Virus record (IMG/VR): IMGVR_UViG_3300027963_000039
From: a virus
Direction: 5' to 3' (one strand)
Length of the DNA stretch: 64,000 nucleotides
The notes below the pieces were generated by a model. It worked only from the letters and a program-made list of their open reading frames with translations. It was not told the origin of the DNA and made no database searches. Of the stretch, positions 21,659-31,628 are shown piece by piece; the first letter of the stretch is position 1, and each line of letters begins with the position of its first letter. The position numbers and the translations under genes are program-made.

Positions 21659-21818
21659 AATACTTGACCAATCCGGTCAAGCATTATCCCCAATAAAATC
21701 AACAGCTTACCGGCGCCAAACCTAACGCTTGCCACTTTCGCCAAAAAGTGTATAATTGGCAACATGAAAACAAAAAACGGTGCAAAATTTACAAAGCTGA
21801 CCGGATTGGTCAAGTATT
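21659..21818. repeat. 21-bp perfect inverted repeat, each arm containing a TGACC-N5-GGTCA palindrome, flanking a promoter
   Basis: AATACTTGACCAATCCGGTCA at 21659-21679 and its exact reverse complement at 21798-21818. Confidence 0.9.
21729..21756 (+). promoter_or_regulatory. sigma70-like early promoter
   Basis: TTGCCA, 16-bp spacer, TATAAT. Confidence 0.75.
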
Positions 21819-21828
21819 ATTTTAATGC

Positions 21829-21856
21829 TTGCCATTTCCACCAGCTCCTGTATCCT
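21829..21856 (+). promoter_or_regulatory. sigma70-like promoter preceded by a GACC-N5-GGTC operator
   Basis: Operator 21797-21813, 15-bp gap, TTGCCA, then TATCCT. Confidence 0.6.
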
Positions 21857-21900
21857 TGCACCATTGTTTGAAATTTGAACGTCATTTTATAGGAGATTAT

Positions 21901-22281
21901 ATGACAACCAACTACACCTTCCCTTGCGGTTCCGTTAACGGACTCACCCTTAGCCAAAAGCGTGAAGCACTTGCTGCTTTACGTGCTTCCATTAAAGCTG
22001 ACCGTGAGCTACGTGCTGCTCACCGTACAGCTACTAGAATTGCTAAGGTTGCAGCTGCTAATGCTAAAGCCGATGCTCTTGCTCAGAAGCGTGCTGCTGC
22101 TATTGCTAAAGCTCAGGCTCGCTTGCAGAAGCTGCTGGATAAGCAGAGCGCTCCAGTAGGTGCTAAAGCTGTTAAAGCTGCACGTAAACCTGGTCCCGTC
22201 ACCGTGACCAAATTCCAGTCCGAAGCTCGTGCTGCTAACGATATCGCTGCAGCACTGGTTGCAAAGCGTAAAAGCGCTTAA
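21901..22281 (+). CDS. Ala/Lys/Arg-rich histone-like basic protein
   Basis: AGGAG RBS before ATG 21901; strong GCT/CGT/AAA codon bias. Confidence 0.75.
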   Translation: MTTNYTFPCGSVNGLTLSQKREALAALRASIKADRELRAAHRTATRIAKVAAANAKADALAQKRAAAIAKAQARLQKLLDKQSAPVGAKAVKAARKPGPVTVTKFQSEARAANDIAAALVAKRKSA

Positions 22282-22292
22282 GCTCCCAAAGG

Positions 22293-22354
22293 TTGACCAA
22301 AACGGTCAACCATTTTATATGATGCTTGCCACTTTGTCAGGTTTCATATAAAAT
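22293..22354 (+). promoter_or_regulatory. Promoter with TTGACC-N5-GGTCAA operator
   Basis: Palindrome 22293-22309; TTGCCA 22326; TAAAAT 22349. Confidence 0.7.
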
Positions 22355-22667
22355 GGTTGTTTTGAAAGGTTGAAAATGGTAGTTTATAAATTGATTAAAA
22401 TTGAAGCAGGTCTTCCTGAGCGTTCCGTTGAATTGACGGATGGTGAATTGGATGCCATTTATGAGGCGATGGATGATTATCGCCATTATGAAGGTGAGCA
22501 GGAAGATACTGCTTTGGCAATTCAGGATAAAATCTCCGAATTGTTTGCTCTGTAATTGTGAAAGGATATAGAATGTTAAGTAAATTTGAGAGTATTGTTT
22601 TTCCTATAGTGTATGTTATAGCTCTGGTTGTGATTGTGCTTGATTTGATGGTCTGGAGGCCTTACTA

Positions 22668-23417
22668 ATGAAATTGCTATCTACAGGTAACCCGAAAGTG
22701 CTCAAAGGCCTTTCACAAGGTTATAACACTTATATTCTACACTTGGCACCTGCTAATATTTCAGGTTACGAGGTTTGCCCAAAACGCACCAAAGGTTGCA
22801 CCGATGCTTGCTTGAATTTAGCTGGTCGAGGTGGAATGTTTAAGCGTGGCGAGGTTACCAATGTAATTCAAGAAGCACGTAAGCGTAAAACCAAAATGTT
22901 TTTCGAAAATCGTGCCGAATTCATGAGGTTGCTAGTTGCTGATATTGAGTTAGGTATTAAGCAAAGCAAGAGGTTAGGTCTTACGCCAGTTTTTCGCCTG
23001 AACGGTACTAGCGATTTGTCATGGGAAAAATATTCTGTGGTTCGCAAAGGTCAGGTTTTCTCCAATATTTTCGAAGCTTTCTCTGAGGTACAATTTTATG
23101 ACTATACTAAAATTCTTGGTCGCCGTGTTACTAGTATTGATAATTATTCACTTACTTTTTCCGCTGCTGATGGTAATGAGCTTGATGTTTATCGTGCTAT
23201 TAGCCAAGGTTATAATGTTGCCGTTGTTTTTGGTATAAAGAAAACTGAACCGATGCCAGAATCCTATATCGGTCGCCCCGTGTTTAACGGTGATGAATCA
23301 GATTTGAGGTTCTTGGATCCAAAAGGTGTAGTTGTCGGGTTGTATGCTAAAGGTAAAGCTAAAAAAGATACCACTGGCTTTGTGAAATATCCTAATATTA
23401 TGTTAAAGGTTGCTTAA
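22668..23417 (+). CDS. GP88-like phage protein (Cys-cluster, radical-SAM-like)
   Basis: CPKRTKGCTDACL, RLNGTSD, FYDYTK and GDESDLRFLD motifs. Confidence 0.7.
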   Translation: MKLLSTGNPKVLKGLSQGYNTYILHLAPANISGYEVCPKRTKGCTDACLNLAGRGGMFKRGEVTNVIQEARKRKTKMFFENRAEFMRLLVADIELGIKQSKRLGLTPVFRLNGTSDLSWEKYSVVRKGQVFSNIFEAFSEVQFYDYTKILGRRVTSIDNYSLTFSAADGNELDVYRAISQGYNVAVVFGIKKTEPMPESYIGRPVFNGDESDLRFLDPKGVVVGLYAKGKAKKDTTGFVKYPNIMLKVA

Positions 23418-23492
23418 GATGGATATACTATCTAAAATGTTGCTTTGTATTGTTGTGATTGCTTTTTTGATGGTCACATAATATTAAGTTGA

Positions 23493-23555
23493 TGTTGCGT
23501 AAAAACAACATCATTCTAAAGGTTGCTTGCCATTTTGTCGAGTCTCCTTTAGAAT
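23493..23555 (+). promoter_or_regulatory. Early promoter with TGTTG-N8-CAACA operator
   Basis: Palindrome 23493-23510; TTGCCA 23527; TAGAAT 23550. Confidence 0.75.
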
Positions 23556-24160
23556 GGTAGTTTAAATTGTGAAAGGTAATTATGACAGAATTTGAAAAGC
23601 GTTGTTATGGTATGACCGAACAGGAAATACGTGAAGAATATATGCAAAGTATCACCGCAAAATTCTCAGGTCTCGAAATGGTCGTGATGGGTATTTTGTC
23701 AGATTGTCAACACCTGATGGAATTAGGTGATAATCGTGAAATGATCCGTAAAAATCTGAATGTCGCCAAGTTTATTCTAGGTGAGATGATGGAAGAAAAA
23801 CGTGAGGTAGAAATTTGATAGTATTCAATGATAGTTTCAGTAAGTATTCTAAAAGAGGTGCAACAGCTATCTTTACTAGAATACCAATAAGCGAGTTAGA
23901 ATGCTTTAAGAAATGGATAGGAGTGAGAGGTGTCGTTAAGATAAGGTACAGAGGTCCAAGATTCAATGTGCCGTCCGCTAGAAGTCGCTCAGGTCTCTCA
24001 AAGCAATCAACGTGCTTAAAACAGGATGCGACACACTTCTCAGTTTATCGGATATAGCTTTGAGGTTGCTCTGGAATGACTAGGAGAAGGTAGGAAAACG
24101 TTTTTGGATCGCATCCACAAACTAAGAGCCGCTAAGCAGCACCAGATTGCGACAGGTTTG

Positions 24161-24198
24161 CGACACTTTTTTGCACTTTTTGACACTTTTTGACACTT
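24161..24198. repeat. Tandem 10-bp repeats (consensus TGACACTTTT, four units)
   Basis: cgacactttt ttgcactttt tgacactttt tgacactt. Confidence 0.85.
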
Positions 24199-24538
24199 GA
24201 TGAGGTAACTGATTATATACTGAAGCACATTTAACTAAATTCGGGTTTCATCCGTGAGATTACTTTAGGTAATACTATATTAAGTGTGTTTCAGTATATT
24301 TGTGGAGATAGTATATTCAGTATATTTGTGGAGGTATTATATTATGACTGTAATTGCTAAGGTTAATAATAGGGTGGTTGAGATTGTAAAGACTGCTGGT
24401 AATGTACCTTTTTCGAATCGTTTTGGTTGGGTTATGATCTGTATGGACTTTCATCAGCCTGAACGGATGAAAAGTCAATTCAAGTGGGTACCTGCGGATA
24501 CTCGGTTTGAATGGGTAAGAGAGTTTTGTTTTGAGTAG

Positions 24539-24591
24539 TTGACCAATCCGGTCAGGTATTGGTTGACTATTCCTAGGATTTGTTGTATAAT
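24539..24591 (+). promoter_or_regulatory. Promoter with TTGACC-AATCC-GGTCAG operator
   Basis: Operator 24539-24555; TTGACT 24563; 17-bp spacer; TATAAT 24586. Confidence 0.75.
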
Positions 24592-26096
24592 TTAGTCTTT
24601 ATTGTTTGGAGTACATGATGTTTGGTGGTAAAATTTTGGTGAATACACGTAAAACCGTTGAAGGTTCTTATAGGCAGGAATCATATTCTGATTCATGGCA
24701 GGATTCTATCGATATTGCCTATGACGGTGAATTGACACATGAAGTTTGTGAGGCAATTAAGAATGCTTTTTTCAAGTCAAAGGCACGGCAGAAGCCAGAA
24801 TCTGGTTATGGCCAATTGCGTTGGTCGGCTGGTGATTATGTTTCCCATATCGATGTTGCCAAAAAGCAGTTGATTTTGTCTTGTTCCGTGAATATTTGTG
24901 ATTGATATATGATGAATGAATTTTTGAAAAAACTATACGATGCGTCTGTGGAATATGTTGCAGACCAAGATGACGGTACGATAAGTCAATTGGAATTGAA
25001 TCATATTTGTGCTGAAACATTTGCCAATTCAATTACATATATGTGCTTGGATATATGTGAGAAAATTGGTGACCAAGGTCTGGATGCACATTATGCTGCC
25101 GATGAAATTTGCAGAGTCTTTGGAATGAGAAAATGATAGTAAACAATCACAAACCTAATCGATCTGGCGTTTATCTGGTCGACCGTACTTCCGAGAAACT
25201 AGGCACACCTTTTCGTTTCTATAATGCAGAAACGGACACCTGGGGCCTTTGTTCTTATGATTACGACACGGCACTACAAAACAAAACCAATACCACGCTC
25301 GGTGTGTTGCCTTGGGTCGGTCCTGCAAAACCGTCCAAACCAGCGGTTGAACAACCAGAAGCCGTGACAACAAAAACCAAATTGGCTCGGTTGGCTCGGT
25401 CACCAAAAACTGTAGAACCAACCAAAAACCTATTGGTCGATGGTTCTGTATTCTTCCGTGAAGATCGTAAAAAATGGGTTGTAGTCATTGACGGCAAACA
25501 ACCTTGTGCCCGTGATACCAAAGACGGCATACTTAAATGGTTATCGAAAAAGTTCCCTAGTGTTCGACCTATTCTTTAAAGAAAGTTTAAATTAAAAATG
25601 GATATTAAAAAATCATATATTCTGTCCTGTACTATTGCGTTTTTATCAGGATTAATCACGGCCTACATTTTTGCAAATTTGCTCAATGATTGGAAAACAA
25701 CCAATAACATCAAAACTTGCCTAAAAGTCGAAGGCACGGATTTGGATTATTGCAAAAAGTTAATAGAAAGAATGTACAAATGAATTTCGAAATCTTAAAA
25801 AACACCGAAAAATTAAATCTTAGTTCCTACCAAGGCTACGTTATTACCAATTATAACGATTTAGTCGAAAAGTTTGGTTTACCGCTTTACGGCCCCCATG
25901 CCGATATCGATGGGAAAGTGACCTGTGAATGGTGTATCGAATTTGGAGACGGTTCCGTAGCGTCCATCTATGACTGGAAGACTGGAGGAACGCCCCTAGG
26001 CGAGTACGAATGGCACATAGGCGGTTTCACGGATGAAGTCGTGGAGCACGTCCAATCCTTGCTTCACAAATCTGTCACAATGAAGAAGTCTAGGAC

Positions 26097-26174
26097 TGTT
26101 GTATAAAAACAACGTTGTTCCTGTACAACAAACCACCATCTTTTGCTTGACGGACCGTCCTGGAAGTGTATAAT
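26097..26174 (+). promoter_or_regulatory. Early promoter with tandem GTTG-N8-CAAC operators
   Basis: Sites 26097-26114 and 26113-26130; TTGACG 26147; TATAAT 26169. Confidence 0.75.
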
Positions 26175-26199
26175 AACCATTTTAATCAAGAGAAAATCT

Positions 26200-27093
26200 A
26201 TGTCTAATTTGAACCCTAACATTAAACTGGTCAACGGAAAATATACGGCCGTTATCAACGGAAAAGTTGTAAAACGTACAAAACTGGAACACATGGAATA
26301 CGTATTGCGTAAAGCTGGCATGGCACCAGAATCTAAGTCTGCACCTGTCAAAGAATCCAAATTCACCATCAACCAACGCTTTGGTTTCCTGTCAGATATG
26401 ATCACCATGCTTGCCAAAGGCGACCAACCATCCGTTGTTGTGACTGGTCCAGGCGGTCTTGGCAAGTCCCACACCGTGACCGCATCATTGACTAAAGCCG
26501 GTTTGCGTGATATGTCCGTGCTTGATGAGTTTGATGTTGGTGCTGGTGTACCAAAAAGTGCGTTTGTTGTGATCAAAGGTTATTCTACACCTAAAGGTCT
26601 CTATCGCACCTTGTATGAGAATCGTAATTCTACCATTGTTTTCGATGATTGTGATTCCGTTTTGCGTGATCCTGTCAGCTTAAACTTGTTGAAAGGTGCT
26701 CTCGATTCTTATTCTAAGCGTGTGATCAGCTGGCGTGCAGATATCAAAGATGAAGATTTGCCTACATCTTTTGAGTTCAAAGGTCGTGTTGTGTTTATCT
26801 CTAACATGAGTTCTTCCAGTTTAGATCAAGCAATCATTACTCGCTCTTTGGCTGTTGACTTGTCAATGACAGCAGAACAGAAAATCGAGCGCATGAGTTT
26901 CTTGTTGTCTGAAGGTTCATTTATGCCTGAGTATGATATGCAACACAAACGTGATGCTCTTAATTTGATTTCCGATCTCAAAGATGATGTAAAAGAATTG
27001 TCCTTGCGTACCTTGATTCAAGTTACCAAGATTCGTAAGTCCAATCCTAACGGTGCTTGGAAAAACTTGGCAGAATATGCCATCTGCGGTTAA
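26200..27093 (+). CDS. AAA+ ATPase
   Basis: Walker A GPGGLGKS, Walker B VFDDCD, FISN sensor. Confidence 0.85.
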   Translation: MSNLNPNIKLVNGKYTAVINGKVVKRTKLEHMEYVLRKAGMAPESKSAPVKESKFTINQRFGFLSDMITMLAKGDQPSVVVTGPGGLGKSHTVTASLTKAGLRDMSVLDEFDVGAGVPKSAFVVIKGYSTPKGLYRTLYENRNSTIVFDDCDSVLRDPVSLNLLKGALDSYSKRVISWRADIKDEDLPTSFEFKGRVVFISNMSSSSLDQAIITRSLAVDLSMTAEQKIERMSFLLSEGSFMPEYDMQHKRDALNLISDLKDDVKELSLRTLIQVTKIRKSNPNGAWKNLAEYAICG

Positions 27094-27377
27094 TAGGAGA
27101 AATTATGACTAATGCAGAGTTGATTAGTAAATTGGAACAGGCCCAACGCCTATTGTCGGACGTATATCATTGGGCGGATACACCAATGACCTTGGTACGC
27201 ACAAAAACGTCTAATGGTTTTGAAGGTAAGACAATTAGAACAAATTCCGAAGTTGCCAGCCAAATGAGTATAGCAGACTCTTGTATTATTGATGCGCTTG
27301 AAGCATTGGATTGGAATAGGGGAATTGATTAATGTCTAGAATGTCTGATTTGGTTGTTGATGTTAATGGTATACACA

Positions 27378-27818
27378 ATGAAAGTTATTAAACATGACTT
27401 TGGCGTTCGTCCAATTTGTATCACACCAAGATGCAAAAACGAATGCCAATTTATGGGAACATACCGTGTTGACGGTAGTCCAATATACCGGAGATTTTGT
27501 GGGAGTTGCCATATTGAAAGACAAGCGACTAAAAAAGGACAAACAAAAGCGGAATGGGTAAATGCAATGCACCCATACAGAAAATACCGCAAAGATTATT
27601 GTGAGAATAAAGACGGCAGATTCGGATTCAAGTGCAATTACAAAATAAGATTCTCTGGCCAATTGCAGGTTGACCATAAAAATGGAAATCCAACCGATGA
27701 TAGGTCAAAGAACTTGCAAACATTGTGTGCCAATTGTCATATTTTCAAAACCTTCAGTAAAGGTGATAATAAGACACATGGCAGGAAGTATTTTACAGAA
27801 TTGTTAAAGGCGGCTTAA
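27378..27818 (+). CDS. HNH endonuclease with Zn-binding Cys pairs
   Basis: QVDHKNGN...NLQTLCANCH motif. Confidence 0.85.
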   Translation: MKVIKHDFGVRPICITPRCKNECQFMGTYRVDGSPIYRRFCGSCHIERQATKKGQTKAEWVNAMHPYRKYRKDYCENKDGRFGFKCNYKIRFSGQLQVDHKNGNPTDDRSKNLQTLCANCHIFKTFSKGDNKTHGRKYFTELLKAA

Positions 27819-27830
27819 GGAGAAAAAAAT

Positions 27831-28223
27831 ATGGGTTTAGATATGTATGCTTTTTCAGTTGCAAAAGAAAATGCAATTGATGATTTTAAAATTGCTTTAG
27901 GCACAGATGGTTTCATGATTCAAAAAGAAGAATTGTTCTATTGGCGAAAGCACCACGATCTTCATGGTTGGATGGAACGTTTGTATCGTTCAAAAGGCGG
28001 CAGTAAAGAATCTTTTAATTGTGAGGCACTAAAACTTACCAGTAGAGATTTGGATGCTCTAGAGTTAGATGTGACGACCAATTCTTTACCTGAAACAAAA
28101 GGTTTCTTTTTTGGTGTTAATGTACCAGATGAAGAATCTATCGAATCAGATTTGGAATTTATTTCAAAAGCAAGAGAAGCTATTGAAATGGGCGATTGTG
28201 TTTATTATTATTCTTGGTGGTAA
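27831..28223 (+). CDS. Conserved phage protein
   Basis: MGLDMY, YWRKHHDLHGW and YYSWW motifs. Confidence 0.7.
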   Translation: MGLDMYAFSVAKENAIDDFKIALGTDGFMIQKEELFYWRKHHDLHGWMERLYRSKGGSKESFNCEALKLTSRDLDALELDVTTNSLPETKGFFFGVNVPDEESIESDLEFISKAREAIEMGDCVYYYSWW

Positions 28224-29000
28224 TTATGAGTAGAATGTCTGAATTGTATATGGAAATTTGTGAATTGTCTAATCAGGGATACAAACCTACCAGTATTGCT
28301 ACTATGCTGGGTTTGCCATTAGATACCGTTAATAACGTTCTGTTTGATGATGTAGAAGAGCCGTATGAACCGGAAGATTACCGATACTATGATGGTGAGT
28401 AAATCAGTCAGTCTTTACATTTTAAGTAAATGATTGTTTTTTGGATAATTGTTGGAATTTTTGTTTTTGAATTTGTTTTAGGATTCATTGTTACCCTATG
28501 TATTAGAAAATGGGGAATTTATGGTCGTCATTAATTTGTTAAGGAATTGGATATGATTACAATAGATGGTTTGACCAAAGCACAAACTAAATTGCTCGAT
28601 ACAATGTGGAGTATCGATGGTTATGATGATTATTTGAAATGGAAATCGGAACTTTCCGAATCCAAACAATTAGAAGTAGAATTGTTGGAAGAAATGTTGA
28701 TGTTGGCCGATATAGATGATATTGAAGATGTTTCTCAAGCTCGAAACATACTTGCAAATTTTTAAGGAATGAAAATGAAAGTATCAGAATTAATTGAATT
28801 ACTACAGGACATGAATGAAGAAGCAGAAGTGCATTTTTCATACAATTACGGTGATCATTGGCGGACAAAAGTATCACCTTCAGTAGATGAAGTCTATGAT
28901 GGTTATATTGAGTATTCTGATTACCATCGAATGTATAAACTGATTGATGAATATAGTGATGATGTAGGCGATGCACGTAAAGTGGTCGTTTTAAGTTAAT

Positions 29001-29210
29001 ATGAACGAACGAATTAAACAACTTGCTGAACAGGCTGGTTTGAATGATGCTTATATGAATTTTGACCATAAATACTTCGCCCAGTTGATTGTGCGAGAAT
29101 GTTTAGGCATTGTACACGATGCTGAACGAGGTGGTAGTAATGAAATATGGGACAATGCCGTGAAGTTTATTAGACGAGATTTACAAGAACATTTTGGAGT
29201 TGAAGAATGA
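29001..29210 (+). CDS. MNERI...FGVEE mini-gene, copy 1
   Basis: Shares three conserved blocks with copies 2-4. Confidence 0.8.
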   Translation: MNERIKQLAEQAGLNDAYMNFDHKYFAQLIVRECLGIVHDAERGGSNEIWDNAVKFIRRDLQEHFGVEE

Positions 29211-29425
29211 ACGAACGAATTCGAGAACTTGCTGAACTGTCTGGTCTTGCGTTTGAGAAGTTCGCCCAGTTGATTGTTCAGGAATGCATGAATCAAGTAA
29301 GAGAACAATATCTGCCCGTGCTAAAAGATGAACTTATGATGAAGGACACGCATTGGAAGGGTTATGTCCAGTGCGGGGTTGATAGTTATGTAGCGATTAA
29401 AGAACATTTCGGAGTTGAAGAATGA
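29207..29425 (+). CDS. MNERI...FGVEE mini-gene, copy 2
   Basis: Same three blocks; ATGA overlap with copy 1. Confidence 0.8.
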   Translation: MNERIRELAELSGLAFEKFAQLIVQECMNQVREQYLPVLKDELMMKDTHWKGYVQCGVDSYVAIKEHFGVEE

Positions 29426-29574
29426 CTATTAATAGTGATGTCAAACAAAAACAAAAAGAAGCCAATCGTTTGTATGAAAAAAAATGGCAACGTCAACAGA
29501 CCATCGAAGTAATCAAAGGACTAGTATTTTTAGTAATTTTTATGGGTGCTATTGTGGTGCTGTCTTTGTTATAA
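29422..29574 (+). CDS. Small protein with C-terminal TM (50 aa)
   Basis: Manual ORF started by the ATG in the 3' block of copy 2. Confidence 0.55.
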   Translation: MTINSDVKQKQKEANRLYEKKWQRQQTIEVIKGLVFLVIFMGAIVVLSLL

Positions 29575-30739
29575 GGATTGAAGAATGATTGACTATACAC
29601 CGGACAAATGGATCATGATTAAATTAACCAATCAAGAAAACGAATCACACTATAGGATTTTTGCTTGTTGGTATGGTGGTTATCTTGGTAGTGATAGTTG
29701 GCGGATGAATTCTGGTGTTACCGAAGTATCCGAAGATGAACAAGGATATCATTTTAAAGGGTCATCTGGTTCGGTGTATTATTGTAATAAACGTATGTAT
29801 GGAACTAGTGGATATGGCCAATCAGTATTAATTGATATGATTGAAAAAAGCAAAGAAAAAGTTATAATGAAAATTATGCCAGAAGATGTTAATTTTATGG
29901 AGTTAGATTATGGGAACTAATTATTACGTTGCAAAGAACAAGTGTGATTGCTGTAAGCGAGTTGATCATGAGTATCATATCGGCAAATCATCATATGGCT
30001 GGGCATTTTCATTTCAGGGTTATAAATGGAATAAACTCACTTCATGGAAACAATGGAAAGAGTTTCTGAAAAGTCAGCAGATTATCGATGAATATGGTGA
30101 TGATATCTCATATGAAGAATTTGTTAATATGGTTGAGACATATAAAGCTCCAGGTTTTGTCCGTGAAGATGGTCATGTCAATCTTCAGCACAACAACTAT
30201 GTGCGTGAGAACAGCAGATTTCCTTCTGACTACAATCCTGAATATAACTGGAACGATGATGACGGGTATTCTTTTACTACTCATGAATTTTCATAATATT
30301 AATGGAATACATAGAAGGTGTGGACACTTGTAATAATTACATTAATAAACGGTGGTAAATCTCCACCAAAAATACAGGAACTACCATATAAAACAAAACA
30401 AGAATGCCTTGTTTCGAAAAGAAAAATGGAAGTTTCTGGAACTATCTTTGGTTACTGTGAACAAAGAAATGGAGAAAAAAAATGAGCAACGAACAAGATA
30501 AATTTAAACACTCTAAAAGATTATATCGTGACGAAACAGCAATCGCAAAACAAACTAGGATTGCCAAAGAATATGGAATCGATGTAAGAGAGCCAAATCG
30601 TTTTAATAAACATCATCCAACAAACTGCGGCAATCCAAAATGTGTAATGTGTGCAAATCCCCGAAAAGTATTTAAAGAAAAAACAGTCAAAGAAAAGTCG
30701 TTTGAGCAAAAAGGTTTAATTCCACCTTGGGAATGTTGA

Positions 30740-30800
30740 TGTTGTTTTAAAACAACAAACTTAAAATACTGCTTGACTATCTCCATTGGTATGATACAAT
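30740..30800 (+). promoter_or_regulatory. Early promoter with TGTTG-N8-CAACA operator
   Basis: Palindrome 30740-30757; TTGACT 30773; TGA-TACAAT 30795. Confidence 0.8.
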
Positions 30801-30829
30801 GGTATCTTTAAATCGATGGAGAAGTCATC

Positions 30830-31219
30830 ATGGAAATTCTTAAAGAAGTTACTGTTTGGGATTCTGAATTTCAACCCAACCACACATATTTGCTTTCTGG
30901 CAAAGGCAATATTATTGCGTATGCAAAAAATCACGGAGATGAAGTGTTTGTATCACCGTCAGGTAAAATCACACTTAATAAAAGTCGCCGTAAATTCATA
31001 ACATCTAAACATACTGGTTTGTTGAAAGTTATGAAATCTGTCTCCAAACCAATACATACCAATCCACAATGGAGTATTCTCTCCGATTCTGGTAAGACTT
31101 ATACCGTAGAACTGGATAACGGTAAATACACCTGTAGCTGTCCTGGTCATACCTATCGTGGAAAATGCAAGCATACCGAACTTGTTGCGAAAAAACAACA
31201 AGAAGGAAATAATGCTTGA
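30830..31219 (+). CDS. SWIM zinc-finger protein
   Basis: YTCSCPG...KCKH motif. Confidence 0.75.
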   Translation: MEILKEVTVWDSEFQPNHTYLLSGKGNIIAYAKNHGDEVFVSPSGKITLNKSRRKFITSKHTGLLKVMKSVSKPIHTNPQWSILSDSGKTYTVELDNGKYTCSCPGHTYRGKCKHTELVAKKQQEGNNA

Positions 31220-31243
31220 CTTTTGCCGTGGTACCTGTACAAT
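31183..31243 (+). promoter_or_regulatory. Early promoter with TGTTG-N8-CAACA operator
   Basis: Palindrome 31183-31200; TTGACT 31216; TACAAT 31238. Confidence 0.8.
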
Positions 31244-31628
31244 TACATACATCTTAACTTAAAGAGTAAACTATGAAATTGCCTTTTGATTGCACCGTTA
31301 TTGACAAAGAACCTCAATACATTACCAACCCATTTTCTGGTGAAGGTTGTATGTTGTCTCCTGAAGCAGTTGCTGTGTATGATACAATGCGTGGTTGTGA
31401 AATGTTTGGTGATTACAAAACTTTGCGTAAAGGCCTCGATTGGTTTCGTAAATACTTTCCTCAAGAATATATGATTTTATTGGATTAACATGGAAAAATC
31501 TACTAGAAAAAAAACTAGAGCGCATTATGTTCTTTTTTGTATGAATACACCCTACAAACCAAAACAAGTGCAATCTAAAATTGCTTACAATCGAAAAGAT
31601 AAACACAAATTGAAAGAAAGTTTAAATC

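Noticed and set aside
21664-24555. TTGACC-N5-GGTCAA as an FNR box, or TGTTG-N8-CAACA as a LexA box
   Set aside because: They do not match TTGAT-N4-ATCAA or CTGT-N8-ACAG in half-site sequence, so they are left unassigned.
25880-26060. GC-richer patch (also about 35080-35215) as a foreign insert or RNA gene
   Set aside because: Both lie within plausible ORFs, and I could not support a structure or boundaries by eye.
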